NCBI RefSeq assembly: GCF_009914755.1
Contig: NC_060946.1
Length of the DNA: 64,000 bases
Direction: 5' to 3' (one strand)
From: the human T2T-CHM13v2.0 reference genome, Homo sapiens
Below the pieces are notes generated by a model. That model was not told where the DNA came from, ran no database searches, and saw only the letters and a list, made by a program, of their open reading frames with translations. Below are positions 62,400-64,000 of the stretch, piece by piece. Every line of letters starts with the position of its first letter. The first letter of the stretch is position 1. Position numbers and translations under genes: made by a program.

Positions 62400-62990
62400 A
62401 TCAGAGGTGAGAATCCATAGAAGGAGACACTGGTCATTACAGTCAGTGAGAAAAGTGACTTTAGCCTGAGCCTAAGGTCATTGGATCAAGGAAGGGGCCA
62501 GGAGGAGCTCCTTGAAGGGAAGCTGTGAGCTTGAGAGGCAGGCTGAGGCAGATCAGTAGAATGAGCCCCCGAGAAGGGCTCACAGAGTCACTGAAGGACT
62601 GTGAGGTGGCAGGGACAAGCTCACATGGCCTTTGGTCAGTGAGTCTCCAGCTGTAATGAGAATGAAATGGGGAAGATCTGGGACAGGAAGACAAGCTGGG
62701 GGCGCTGGTACCATCATGGGGAGATGATGGTGGGTGGCTCTAGATTAGTTAGAGTTGGAATGAAGAGCAGAAAGCAGCTTCGTGATACCTTTATGTCATA
62801 AAATACATTTGGCATGGAGAGGACTTGGACTTTGTGCATGAAGGATATGGATGTTTCTAGGCTGACTCCCAAATGTTTCTAGGCTGACTCCCAGAAACTA
62901 GGATGTTTCTAGGCTGTTCCTGGCTGAGAATTTGGATGGTAACTATAGTCCAAAGAAACAAAGAACACTGAAATCATATCTTATTTTTTT
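62400..62990 (-). mobile_element. L2 LINE fragments
   Basis: GAAGTGACTTTAGCCTGAGCCTAAGG..., GATGACTCC-like and TTTCTAGGCTG..ATTTGGATGG motifs. Confidence 0.55.
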
Positions 62991-63152
62991 TAACTCACAA
63001 AATAGAGGCAGGTAGATATTTATATGTGTTTTGTTGGCTCAATGATTTTTTTTAGTAATAAACATATTTACTTAGAAACTACTGGGTGTCTGTATGCTCT
63101 GGGATTTTTTTCTCCTGTCCTGATGACATCTCTTTCCTTTCTCTGGGTTCAG

Positions 63153-63499
63153 GAGTTACTTCCCAGGTTGTGGTGACACAGGAACATTCACTTTCCACAA
63201 CTCCTGGAGGGGCAGTCACCTTCACCTATGGCTCCAAAATTGGGGCTGTCATCAGAGCATCTCGACAGCTGGGCCCAACAGAACATCTGGCAATGTCCCC
63301 AGGGCAATGGTGGGCACAAGCAGTCAGGTCCTGGGACCCCTGCACAATCCCCTGGTTCTCTTCATGAAGAAAAAGCCACTCTGGTTATAATGAGGACTAG
63401 ACCAAGAATGAGGCCCAGTGTTACATGCTCGGTGTGGTGATCTGAAATATCACCACAGGGACAAATACAAAAATACAAGTGGGAAACTACACTCAAACC
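63153..63499 (+). pseudogene. IGLV7/8-like V relic with degenerate RSS
   Basis: Acceptor TTCAG at 63152; GVTSQVVVTQEHSLSTTPGGAVTFTYGSKIGAVI, then GTPAQSPGSLHEEKATLVI after frameshifts; CACAGGG (63454-63460) + 30 nt + ACTCAAACC. No leader exon seen. Confidence 0.8.
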
Positions 63500-64000
63500 C
63501 TTGGATCAAGCCTCAGTCCTATGCTTCTGAAGCAAATTTCTTGTTTTTGGAGTCTGGTTTTCAACCACTGTAGACTCAGATCATTTATTCTTCAGGCCCC
63601 CAATGGGATCATCACAAGCACTTTTTCTATCAATCATGGCAGTCACTTGAGATCAAAGGTGAATTTCTTCTTCCTCAAGTTATAAGCAACACTTTGGCAT
63701 ATTTGGTGAACTTCAAAGAAAATGGCTAAGATAGAGGATGAGAGACATAAGAGGCTTCAGGAATATTTCAGCAGATGCAAAGCAGACTACAGGGTAACTC
63801 ATTTCCCATATGATTTGATTGATTGCAAAATGTGAAATTAAATGCATACAAAGGGGAATGTGTGTCATTTTTCCTCTTAATGACAAAGTAAAAAAAAAGC
63901 AATAAAACAAAAACAAGCACTATTTCATGTGTCTTGATAAACTTGTAGAAAGTCTTATAATATCCACAATATCTAGGATACAGTAAAATAACTTTCCATA

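Noticed and set aside
62849-62916. Triple ATGTTTCTAGGCTG; also a 17-bp tandem duplication at ~14893-14926
   Set aside because: Ordinary slippage micro-duplications in repeat-derived DNA.

Overview
Primate (almost certainly human) genomic DNA from the distal V-segment region of the immunoglobulin lambda locus (22q11.2), identified by an intact IGLV8-61 (6292-6758, with octamer promoter and 23-RSS). No prokaryotic-type features are present. Pseudogenes: four decayed V-lambda relics; an old processed pseudogene of mitochondrial NAD kinase NADK2 that appears to split one of them; and a semi-processed ABHD17A retrocopy (probably ABHD17AP5) with poly(A), a 14-bp TSD and one retained 2.2-kb intron. 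From ~30 to 47.4 kb lies a pericentromeric-type mosaic. It consists of a C-rich minisatellite, a ~290-bp palindromic bidirectional promoter (TATA/octamer/CCAAT on both arms) feeding BAGE-like first exons, a G-rich minisatellite, a BAGE-like exon 2, an ERV fragment, two unprocessed NME8 (TXNDC3) exons, and ~32 monomers of diverged alpha satellite. The remainder is Alu, L1, LTR, L2 and MER repeats in AT-rich DNA. Gene and repeat-subfamily names come from recalled reference sequences, not database searches; repeat boundaries are approximate.
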